Positions 1 to 6,799 of a stretch of 24,000 nucleotides of DNA are shown piece after piece; position 1 is the stretch's first letter; each line of letters starts with the position of its first letter. A program made the translations under genes and the position numbers. Location of the stretch: positions 56,114 through 80,113 of the forward strand of contig NZ_JAENKO010000009.1 of NCBI RefSeq assembly GCF_016599145.1, written 5' to 3'. Below the pieces are notes generated by a model, which did no database searches, had not been told where the DNA came from, and worked only from the letters and a program-made list of their open reading frames with translations. The stretch comes from Tomitella cavernea (lineage in GTDB: Bacteria; Actinomycetota; Actinomycetes; Mycobacteriales; Mycobacteriaceae).

Positions 1-249
1 GTCGGTGTCGGTGTCGATCGAGACGAGCGGTTCGCCGACGACGACGGTTGCGCCGGGCTCGGCGTGCAGCGCGGCGACGGTCCCCGCGAACGGTGCGGGC
101 AACTCGACCACCGCCTTGGCCGTCTCCACCTCGCACAACTGCTGGTCCAGCTCCACGGTGTCGCCGACGGCCACCGACCACGACAGCAGTTCCGCCTCGG
201 TGAGCCCCTCACCGAGGTCCGGCAGCAGGAATTCCGTGGGCGTGCTCAT
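1..249 (-). CDS. bkdC: Dihydrolipoamide acyltransferase (E2) of a branched-chain/2-oxoacid dehydrogenase complex; N-terminal lipoyl domain only, gene runs off the window edge
   Basis: Reverse complement of 1-249 reads without stops as MSTPTEFLLPDLGEGLTEAELLSWSVAVGDTVELDQQLCEVETAKAVVELPAPFAGTVAALHAEPGATVVVGEPLVSIDTDTD, a lipoyl-attachment domain with the lipoyl-lysine motif ETAKA. It closely resembles the remembered N-terminus of M. tuberculosis BkdC (Rv2495c). Its ATG (247-249) overlaps the E1-beta stop (246-248) as ATGA. It is absent from the ORF track because it is truncated by the window edge. Confidence 0.8.
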   Translation of the reverse strand, partial: MSTPTEFLLPDLGEGLTEAELLSWSVAVGDTVELDQQLCEVETAKAVVELPAPFAGTVAALHAEPGATVVVGEPLVSIDTDTD

Positions 250-1277
250 TGCGCCAACACCTGATCGAGGGCGTCGAGGATGCGGTCGACGCCGGGGACA
301 TAGTGCGATTCGGCGCGGGCCGCAGGGTACGGGGTGTGGAATCCGCCGACGCGCGCCACGGGCGCCTCCAGCCGATAAAAGCAGCGCTCGGTGATGCGCG
401 CGGCGATCTCCGCCCCGAGCCCCATGAACACGGGCGCCTCGTGCGCCACCACCAGCCGCCCTGTGCGCTGCACCGACGCTTCGATCGTGTCGAAGTCGAT
501 GGGCGAGAGAGAACGCAGGTCGACGATCTCCACGCCGCACTCGGAGGCGGCGGTCTCCGCGGCCTCGACGGCCGTGGTCACGAGGGCTCCGTAGGTGACG
601 ATGGTCGCCGTGGCGTCGCCGTTCCCGAAGGCCGTCAGGCGTGCGCCGCCGAGCGGTTCGGGTGGAGCGGTGCTGAAGTTCACCGGCGCCTTCTCCCAGT
701 ACCGCCGCTTGGGCTCGAAGACGATGACCGGATCGGGTGCGGCGATCGCCTGTCGGGTCATCCAGTATCCGTCCGACGGGGTGGAGGGGCTGACGACCCG
801 GATCCCGGCGGTGTGGGCGAAGTAGGCCTCCGGGGATTCCGAATGGTGTTCCACGGCGCCGATCCCGCCGCCGAACGGGATGCGGATCGTGAGCGGCATG
901 CGCACGAGGCCGCGCGTGCGGTTGTGGATCTTCGCCACCTGCGTGACGATCTGATCGAATGCGGGGTAGACGAATCCGTCGAACTGGATCTCGCACACCG
1001 GCCGCTTGCCGCGCAGCGCCATCCCGAAGGCGGTGCCGACGATGCCGGACTCGGCGAGCGGCGTGTCGATCACGCGCCGTTCGCCGAAGTCCTTCTGCAG
1101 GCCGTCGGTGACGCGGAACACGCCGCCGAGCCGGCCCACGTCCTCGCCCATGATCACAACCCGGTCGTCGTCCTCGAGCGCACGGCGCAGGCCCGCTCCG
1201 ATGGCGGGCGCCAGCGCCATGCGTGTGACGGTGCTGCCCGCATCGGGGGCGGCGTCTCGAACATTCGCGGTGCTCAT
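246..1277 (-). CDS. bkdB: 2-oxoacid dehydrogenase E1 component, beta subunit (343 aa)
   Basis: C-terminal 343 aa of track ORF 246..2252. The R/P/G-rich N-terminal extension of that ORF is an out-of-frame shadow of the upstream gene. Start taken at ATG 1275-1277 (MSTANV...), which overlaps the E1-alpha stop as ATGA. The sequence is transketolase-like E1-beta (IMGEDVGRLGGVFRVTDGL, DTPLAESGIVG, IVFEPKRRY). Confidence 0.9.
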   Translation of the reverse strand: MSTANVRDAAPDAGSTVTRMALAPAIGAGLRRALEDDDRVVIMGEDVGRLGGVFRVTDGLQKDFGERRVIDTPLAESGIVGTAFGMALRGKRPVCEIQFDGFVYPAFDQIVTQVAKIHNRTRGLVRMPLTIRIPFGGGIGAVEHHSESPEAYFAHTAGIRVVSPSTPSDGYWMTRQAIAAPDPVIVFEPKRRYWEKAPVNFSTAPPEPLGGARLTAFGNGDATATIVTYGALVTTAVEAAETAASECGVEIVDLRSLSPIDFDTIEASVQRTGRLVVAHEAPVFMGLGAEIAARITERCFYRLEAPVARVGGFHTPYPAARAESHYVPGVDRILDALDQVLAQ

Positions 1278-2431
1278 CGCGGGACCTCCTTGCCGGTCGA
1301 CGGGCCGGCGGGGACGGCCGTGGCGGCGGCCCCGCCGAGGGAAGCGAGGTAGTCGGCGTAGGCGTGGCGCTCCTCGACGATCAGCGGATGCGGCGCCGCG
1401 TAGACGTGCTCGAAGATCCCCGCCGCATCGGGCTCCGGGAGTTCCGCGCACGCCGTGCGGTAGCGCTGTGCCGCGTCGTCGGCGGCGCTGCGCACCACGT
1501 CCGCATCCGATTCGGTGATCAGTCCGGAATCCGCGAGGAACCCGCGCATGCGCTCGACCGGGTCGCGGGCACGCCACGCCTCCAGCTCTGCGGCGGACCT
1601 GTACCGGGTGGGGTCGTCGTTCGTGGTGTGCGGGCCGAGCCGGTAGGTGACCGCTTCGACGAAGTACGGCCCGCCGCCCGCTTGCACGTGCGCGGTGGCC
1701 GTGCGGGTGGCGGCGAGGACGGCGAGCACGTCGTTGCCGTCGACGCGCAGCGAGGGGATGCCGAAACCGTGTGCGCGTTGCGCGGGCTGCACGGCGGTCT
1801 GCTGTGCGATGGGGACGCTGATGGCGAACTGGTTGTTGGTGCAGAAGAACACCACCGGCGCCGTGGTCGTGGCGGCGAAGTTGAGTGCCTCGTTCAGGTC
1901 GCCCTGGCTCGTCGCGCCGTCGCCGAAGAACGCGATCGCCCGGTCCTGGGAGCCGTCGAGCGCGGCCGCCATCGCGTAACCGGTGGCGTGCAGCCCGTGC
2001 GCCCCCACGATGATCGCCGGGTTGGTGATCCCGTACTCGGCCGGGTCCCAGCCTCCCAGGGCGCTTCCGCGCCACATAGGGAGCACCTGCTCCGGGGGGA
2101 CGCCACGCAGGTGGGCCATGAGCGATTCGCGGTAGCTGATGAACAGGTGGTCGTGACGGTCCGCCGCCCGTGCGGCGCCCACGAGCACGGCCTCCTGGCC
2201 GACGATCGGCGCCCACAGTGCGAGCGCGCCCTGGCGTGCCAACGCGAGGCACTGCTCGTCGATGCGGCGCAGAACCGCCAGGTCGCGGTAGAGCCCCAGC
2301 AAGGCCTCATGGTCGTCGAGAATGTCCCTGAGCCGGTCCTTCAGGGCAGGGGCGGCGGTGCTCCCGGCCTCCGGTGCCATCACGCTCGACGTGGGCAATG
2401 GGCCGGAGAGATCGGTGCATTCGGTGGTCAT
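1274..2431 (-). CDS. bkdA: 2-oxoacid dehydrogenase E1 component, alpha subunit (385 aa, TPP-dependent)
   Basis: Track ORF 1274..2533 trimmed to ATG 2429-2431 (MTTECT...), which has GAGGAGG 5 nt upstream on the minus strand. TPP-binding motif GDGATSQGDLNEALNFAA...VVFFCTNN. The gene order alpha-beta-E2 is typical of bkdABC (Rv2497c-Rv2495c). Confidence 0.9.
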   Translation of the reverse strand: MTTECTDLSGPLPTSSVMAPEAGSTAAPALKDRLRDILDDHEALLGLYRDLAVLRRIDEQCLALARQGALALWAPIVGQEAVLVGAARAADRHDHLFISYRESLMAHLRGVPPEQVLPMWRGSALGGWDPAEYGITNPAIIVGAHGLHATGYAMAAALDGSQDRAIAFFGDGATSQGDLNEALNFAATTTAPVVFFCTNNQFAISVPIAQQTAVQPAQRAHGFGIPSLRVDGNDVLAVLAATRTATAHVQAGGGPYFVEAVTYRLGPHTTNDDPTRYRSAAELEAWRARDPVERMRGFLADSGLITESDADVVRSAADDAAQRYRTACAELPEPDAAGIFEHVYAAPHPLIVEERHAYADYLASLGGAAATAVPAGPSTGKEVPR

Positions 2432-2767
2432 AGTCGCCTCCTCGTGCCCGTCCGGAGGTCTTCCGGGGCGGGAGACTGCCTCCTGGTGACCCGCGCCGCG
2501 TCGGCACCGCGCCCACCCCGGTCGGGGCAGCACGCGGAATCTCCGCTGCCGGCGCCCCTCCCGGTTGGGCTGTGCGCCGTGCGCGCGTCCTGCCTCCAGG
2601 ATGCCCCGTTTTGCGCTCTGCGCACACCGATTCGCCGATATGGGCCGGATCCAGGAGGTTTCGGGTACGGCCGGCCGGTAATAGTCCTACGATGAGATCC
2701 AGCTCACCGATTGTCGGCGATCACTCCGGAGTCCGCAGGCGGAGCGGTCTCCACCGGACTGTCGCCG

Positions 2768-2796
2768 AACCGCCGCTTAACCGCCGCTTAACCGCC
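2768..2796. repeat. 11-bp tandem direct repeat (aaccgccgctt x2 plus partial third copy aaccgcc), 25-50 nt upstream of the lipoprotein start
   Basis: Read directly: gAACCGCCGCTTAACCGCCGCTTAACCGCCaccg. It is followed by RBS GGAAAGG (2808-2814) and ATG 2821. The period of 11 bp is one helical turn. Confidence 0.6.
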
Positions 2797-2820
2797 ACCG
2801 TTTCGCTGGAAAGGCGCATC

Positions 2821-3423
2821 ATGAGCATTCTCTGCATTCGTCCACGCGGAAACGCCGTCCGGTCCGCGGGCGCGGCCGTCGGCCTGTGCGCAGCCGTGGC
2901 CCTCATGCTGGCGGGTTGTGGCAGTTCCGGGGACTCCGGAGCCACCACCACCTCGCCGTCCACCGCGACGGTGCAGCAGACGACGGGGGCGGGGGCCGTC
3001 GATGCGAGCGGCCTGACACAGCAGGAGCAGAGCGACATCACGTCGGCGTATGAGACGTTCTTCTCCGGCAAGTCGGACGCGCAGACCAAGCTGGGTGTCA
3101 TCGAGGATCCCGACCGCTTCGCGAAGACGATCAACGCTCAGTCCTCCTCCGGACTGGCCGAATCGACGTCCGTCACCGTGAGCGAGATGAGCCTGGTCAG
3201 CCCTGGCCGCGCGTCGGTGGTCTACACGATCCTGATGGACGAAAAGCCTGTGCTGCCGGACCAGACCGGCTACGCGGTGAAGGTCGACGGCAAGTGGAAG
3301 GTGTCCGCGTCCTCGTTCTGCGGGTTGCTCACTCTGGAGAACGGCGGCACGCCCCCGGCGGAGTGCGGGGCGCGGGGCGGTGCCTCCGCTGAGGCGGGCA
3401 CCCCGGCCACCCCGACGAGCTGA
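2821..3423 (+). CDS. Putative secreted lipoprotein (200 aa) with a conserved actinobacterial C-terminal domain of unknown function
   Basis: Track ORF 2572..3423 trimmed to ATG 2821, which has GGAAAGG 6 nt upstream. N-terminus MSILCIRPRGNAVRSAGAAVGLCAAVALMLAGC is a signal peptide plus lipobox L-A-G-C (Cys33), followed by a Ser/Thr/Gly linker. The C-terminal block (YETFFSGKSD...VSEMSLVSPGRASVVYTILMDEKPVLPDQTGYAVKVDGKWKVSASSFCGLLTLENG) matches a pattern I recognise from many actinobacterial secreted proteins. I cannot name the family with certainty. Confidence 0.7.
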   Translation: MSILCIRPRGNAVRSAGAAVGLCAAVALMLAGCGSSGDSGATTTSPSTATVQQTTGAGAVDASGLTQQEQSDITSAYETFFSGKSDAQTKLGVIEDPDRFAKTINAQSSSGLAESTSVTVSEMSLVSPGRASVVYTILMDEKPVLPDQTGYAVKVDGKWKVSASSFCGLLTLENGGTPPAECGARGGASAEAGTPATPTS

Positions 3424-3438
3424 CCAGAGGGGTCGGCG

Positions 3439-5034
3439 TTGTCCACGGGCACCGCGGCGGCCGGCGCGACGCGGTCGCAACGCGTCGCACTCGGCACTGT
3501 GTGCGCTGTCCTGTTCCTGACCTTCATCGACACGACGATCGTCTCCGTGGCGCTCGGCGACGTGCAGTCCGATCTGCATGCCGGGGTCATCTCACTGCAG
3601 TGGGTGGTCAACGCCTACACGCTGGTGTTCGCGAGCCTCATGCTCACGGCGGGGACGTTGGGCGACAGGCTCGGGCGCAAGCGGGTCATGGTCGCGGGGA
3701 TGGTCGTGTTCTGCATCGGTTCGCTGATCGCCGCGACGGCCCCCACCGTGACGCTGCTCATCGTCGGCCGCGCGGTGATGGGGGTCGGCGCGGCGGGGTC
3801 CGAGCCGGGGACGCTGTCGGTGATCCGGCACGTGTTCCCCGAGGAGCACGCGCGGGCGAAGGCCATCGGCGTGTGGGCCGCGGTGTCGGGTGTGGCGCTC
3901 GCGCTCGGGCCGGTGGTGGGCGGCGTCCTGGTCGGCGCGTTCTCGTGGCGCGCCATCTTCTGGTTCAACGTGATCCTGGGCATCGCCCTGGTGGTGGCGG
4001 CGGTCCTGTGGGTTCCGGACAGCAGGGACCGCCAGCATGGTCGGGTCGACCTGCCCGGCTTCGTGCTCGGTTCGACGTTCCTCGCGTGCGTCATCTACGC
4101 GGGTATCGCGGGCCAGGAGGTCGGCTACTTCGCCGGCAACGTGTTGACGCTCTTCGCCGTGGGCGCGGTGGCGCTGGCAGGGTTCATCGTCGTCGAGCTG
4201 CGCGCGGACAACCCGATGTTCGATTTTCGCTACCTGCGGATACCCATCGTGGGCAGTGCGTTGACGGTGGCGTTCACCATCTACTTCGGCATCTTCTCGA
4301 TCTTCTTTTTCACCGCGCTGTACCTGCAGGAGGTGGTCGGATACTCGGCGTGGCGCACGGCCGCGGTGTTCGCGCCGATGGCGGTCGCGATCGTTCTCGG
4401 CTCCCTGCTCGCCGGCGTGTGGGTGTCGCGATCGATGCCGAGCATCCCGATGATCGTCGGCTGTGTTCTGGCCGGCGGAGGGATTCTCCTGACCCGCCCG
4501 CTGTTGCACCAGGACGCCGATTTCACGGTGCTGGCGTTGTCGTTGATGGTCGCCGGCGTCGGCTTCGGCATCGCCGTGGTGCCGCTGACCTCCGCGGTAC
4601 TCTCGGGCGTCCCGGGTGAGCATTCCGGGATGGCGGCGGCGGCGACCAACACGATGCGCCAAGTGGGCGCGGTGATCGGCGTGGCGGCGCTCGGCGGGCT
4701 TGTGAACGCCAACCTCACGAGCGGGCTCAAGTCGAGGCTGCGTGAGCTGGGCATACCGCCCACCTTCGACTCGATCATCATCAACGGGATCGAGACCGGC
4801 AAGGTGCCGCAGGGGGCCGGGGGCGCCGGCGATTACGAGCAGACCTACGGATCGATCGTGGTCAAGGTGATCCAGGCCACCTATAACGCATTCCATGCCG
4901 GTCTCGACATCGCACTGCTCGTGTCCGGGCTGCTGATCTTTTTGGCCGCGCTCGTGGTGCTCGCCGGGGTGTTCCGTCAGCGCGCGCGGGAGGGCAGGGC
5001 TGTGATCGGCTGTCCCGGCCGGCGCGACACGTGA
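3439..5034 (+). CDS. MFS transporter, DHA2 (EmrB/QacA-like, 14-TMS type) drug/metabolite:H+ antiporter family (531 aa)
   Basis: Long hydrophobic protein with MFS motif A (GTLGDRLGRKRVMVAG) after the second hydrophobic segment. Length and C-terminal extra helices are typical of DHA2. TTG start at 3439, only 15 nt after the lipoprotein stop, with AGAGGGG upstream. The start codon is uncertain. Confidence 0.85.
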   Translation: MSTGTAAAGATRSQRVALGTVCAVLFLTFIDTTIVSVALGDVQSDLHAGVISLQWVVNAYTLVFASLMLTAGTLGDRLGRKRVMVAGMVVFCIGSLIAATAPTVTLLIVGRAVMGVGAAGSEPGTLSVIRHVFPEEHARAKAIGVWAAVSGVALALGPVVGGVLVGAFSWRAIFWFNVILGIALVVAAVLWVPDSRDRQHGRVDLPGFVLGSTFLACVIYAGIAGQEVGYFAGNVLTLFAVGAVALAGFIVVELRADNPMFDFRYLRIPIVGSALTVAFTIYFGIFSIFFFTALYLQEVVGYSAWRTAAVFAPMAVAIVLGSLLAGVWVSRSMPSIPMIVGCVLAGGGILLTRPLLHQDADFTVLALSLMVAGVGFGIAVVPLTSAVLSGVPGEHSGMAAAATNTMRQVGAVIGVAALGGLVNANLTSGLKSRLRELGIPPTFDSIIINGIETGKVPQGAGGAGDYEQTYGSIVVKVIQATYNAFHAGLDIALLVSGLLIFLAALVVLAGVFRQRAREGRAVIGCPGRRDT

Positions 5035-5173
5035 CCGAGGTGACGTGCCGCCGACGTCCTGTCGCTAGTATGTTGCCGGGTCGCGGGGCCGCCCGGGACA
5101 CGACCGACGATGAAGCGAGCACATCGGCGGTCCGGCCGGGTCGGGGCCGGTGCCGTGCGCGGAAGGACGATCA

Positions 5174-6799
5174 ATGGCCGGGGGTCGGCACCAGGCTGCC
5201 AACAACTCAGGGGGTGTGCTGCGGTACGCCGCGCTGGCGGTGATCGCCATCGTGGTGGTCGTCGCCGGTATCGTCGTCTTCCAAGTCGTCCGCGGCAGCG
5301 GGTGCTCATCGACGACCGCCGTCACTGTGGACGTCGACGCGGCCCTGGCGCCGGCGGTGCAGCAGGCCGTCGCCGCGGTGCCCGCGGCGGACCGCGGTTG
5401 CACGGAGTTCCAGGTGAAGGCGCGCGAGTCCGCCACCACGATGAACGCGTTGCTGCACGGAATCGACATCCCGCAGTTGTGGATTCCGGAGTCCACCCGC
5501 TGGGTCACCAAGGTCAATCAGGCGGCGGACCTGCCCGTCGACATCGACACCCCGTCCGTAGCCACCTCTCCGGTGGTGGTCGCGGCCGCCACGGGCGCGG
5601 TCCCCGCCGCCCGCACCTGGACCGACGTGCTGCGCACCCCGGGTATCAGACTGGGCAATCCCCAGGCCAGCGCGGTGGCGGAGGCCCCGATCCTCGCGGC
5701 TGCGGCCGAACAGCAGGCCTCGGGCACCGATCAGACGGCGGCCGAGCAGGCCATGGTCGCCGCGGCACAGACGCAGAGCATGCAGCTGAGCGCCGACGCG
5801 CAGACGGTGTCCGACGGGGCCGCCGAGCCGGAGGACATCCTCCACTCCGGCGAGGGGCCCGCGGTGGTGACCGAGCAGCAGGTCGTGCAGCTCGGCCGCG
5901 GCTACCAGGCGGCGGTGCCGGACGCCGGCACCGTGATGATGGACTACCCGCTGGTGGTGACGGCGCGCGGCGATGCGAAGGTCGATGCGGCCGAGAGCGC
6001 GGCGGACCTCGCGGCGGTACTCGACTCGGACGCCGGCCGGGATGCGCTCACCTCCGCGGGCTTCCGCGTGGACGGTGCGCCGCTGCCGGGCGGTGCGGGC
6101 GTCGGCGGCGTGCCGGTGTTGACGATTCCGGATCCCGCCGCGGCGGAGGCAGCGCTGAAGAAGTGGAACGTGCTTGCGGTGCCGGTGCGCAGCCTGGTCC
6201 TGTTCGACGTGTCCGGATCGATGTCCTACGTCGCGGACGAGGAGAACAGCCGCATGCAGCTCACGCAGAAGGCGGCGCGCATCGGTGAGAGTCTGTTCCC
6301 GGACAACACCCAGCTCGGCGTGTGGGCTTTCTCCCTCAACTTGGACGGGCCGCAGCGCGACTACAAGGAACTCGTGCCCATCGAGAGGCTGGATGCGCAG
6401 ACCGGCGCCGGTACGCAGCGCGAGGCGGTGAGCGCGGCGGTGGACGAACTGGGCGGCCTCGTCGGCGGCGGCACCGGACTCTACGACACGATCAGCGCCG
6501 CATATCGTCAGGTCCAGTCCACCTATGACCCCAACGCGGTCAACTCGGTCATCGTGCTCACCGACGGCGAGAACGAAGACCCGGTGAGCCTGACGAAGGA
6601 GCAGCTTCTGCAGCAGCTGCGCCAGGAATCGGATCCGGCGCGCCCCGTGCTCATCATCACGATCGGCATCACGGATGATGCGGACGCGGAGGTGCTCCAG
6701 GAGATCTCCGCCGCCACCGGAGGGTCAAGCTACCTTGCCCGCGACCCGGCGGACATTCCGCAGGTGTTCGCGCAGGCGATCGCACAGCGCGGAAAGTGA
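5174..6799 (+). CDS. Membrane-anchored substrate-binding (PBP-like) plus von Willebrand factor A (VWA) domain protein (541 aa)
   Basis: Track ORF 5150..6799 trimmed to ATG 5174, which has GGAAGGA 6 nt upstream. N-terminal TM helix (VLRYAALAVIAIVVVVAGIVVFQVV), then a PBP-like region (IPQLWIPESTRWV). The C-terminal VWA domain has MIDAS residues (LVLFDVSGSMSY; GGGTGLYDT; VIVLTDGENED). Confidence 0.8.
   Translation: MAGGRHQAANNSGGVLRYAALAVIAIVVVVAGIVVFQVVRGSGCSSTTAVTVDVDAALAPAVQQAVAAVPAADRGCTEFQVKARESATTMNALLHGIDIPQLWIPESTRWVTKVNQAADLPVDIDTPSVATSPVVVAAATGAVPAARTWTDVLRTPGIRLGNPQASAVAEAPILAAAAEQQASGTDQTAAEQAMVAAAQTQSMQLSADAQTVSDGAAEPEDILHSGEGPAVVTEQQVVQLGRGYQAAVPDAGTVMMDYPLVVTARGDAKVDAAESAADLAAVLDSDAGRDALTSAGFRVDGAPLPGGAGVGGVPVLTIPDPAAAEAALKKWNVLAVPVRSLVLFDVSGSMSYVADEENSRMQLTQKAARIGESLFPDNTQLGVWAFSLNLDGPQRDYKELVPIERLDAQTGAGTQREAVSAAVDELGGLVGGGTGLYDTISAAYRQVQSTYDPNAVNSVIVLTDGENEDPVSLTKEQLLQQLRQESDPARPVLIITIGITDDADAEVLQEISAATGGSSYLARDPADIPQVFAQAIAQRGK

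Noticed and set aside
1278-2252. N-terminal 325-aa extension of track ORF 246..2252 (668 aa)
   Set aside because: The extension is R/G/P-rich nonsense overlapping the E1-alpha gene in another frame. The E1-beta homology begins at MSTANV (ATG 1275-1277), which is coupled to the E1-alpha stop.
5066-5071. TAGTAT as a -10 element for the VWA-helZ-SWIM operon
   Set aside because: It fits the loose mycobacterial TANNNT pattern, but such hexamers occur by chance and there is no supporting -35 or extended -10 element. That is too weak to report as a feature.
3501-6288. Alternative-frame ORFs overlapping the MFS and VWA genes (3501..4619 +, 3592..4896 -, 5110..6288 +, and others)
   Set aside because: Arg/Gly/Pro-rich low-complexity translations with no motifs. 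They overlap genes with clear family signatures.
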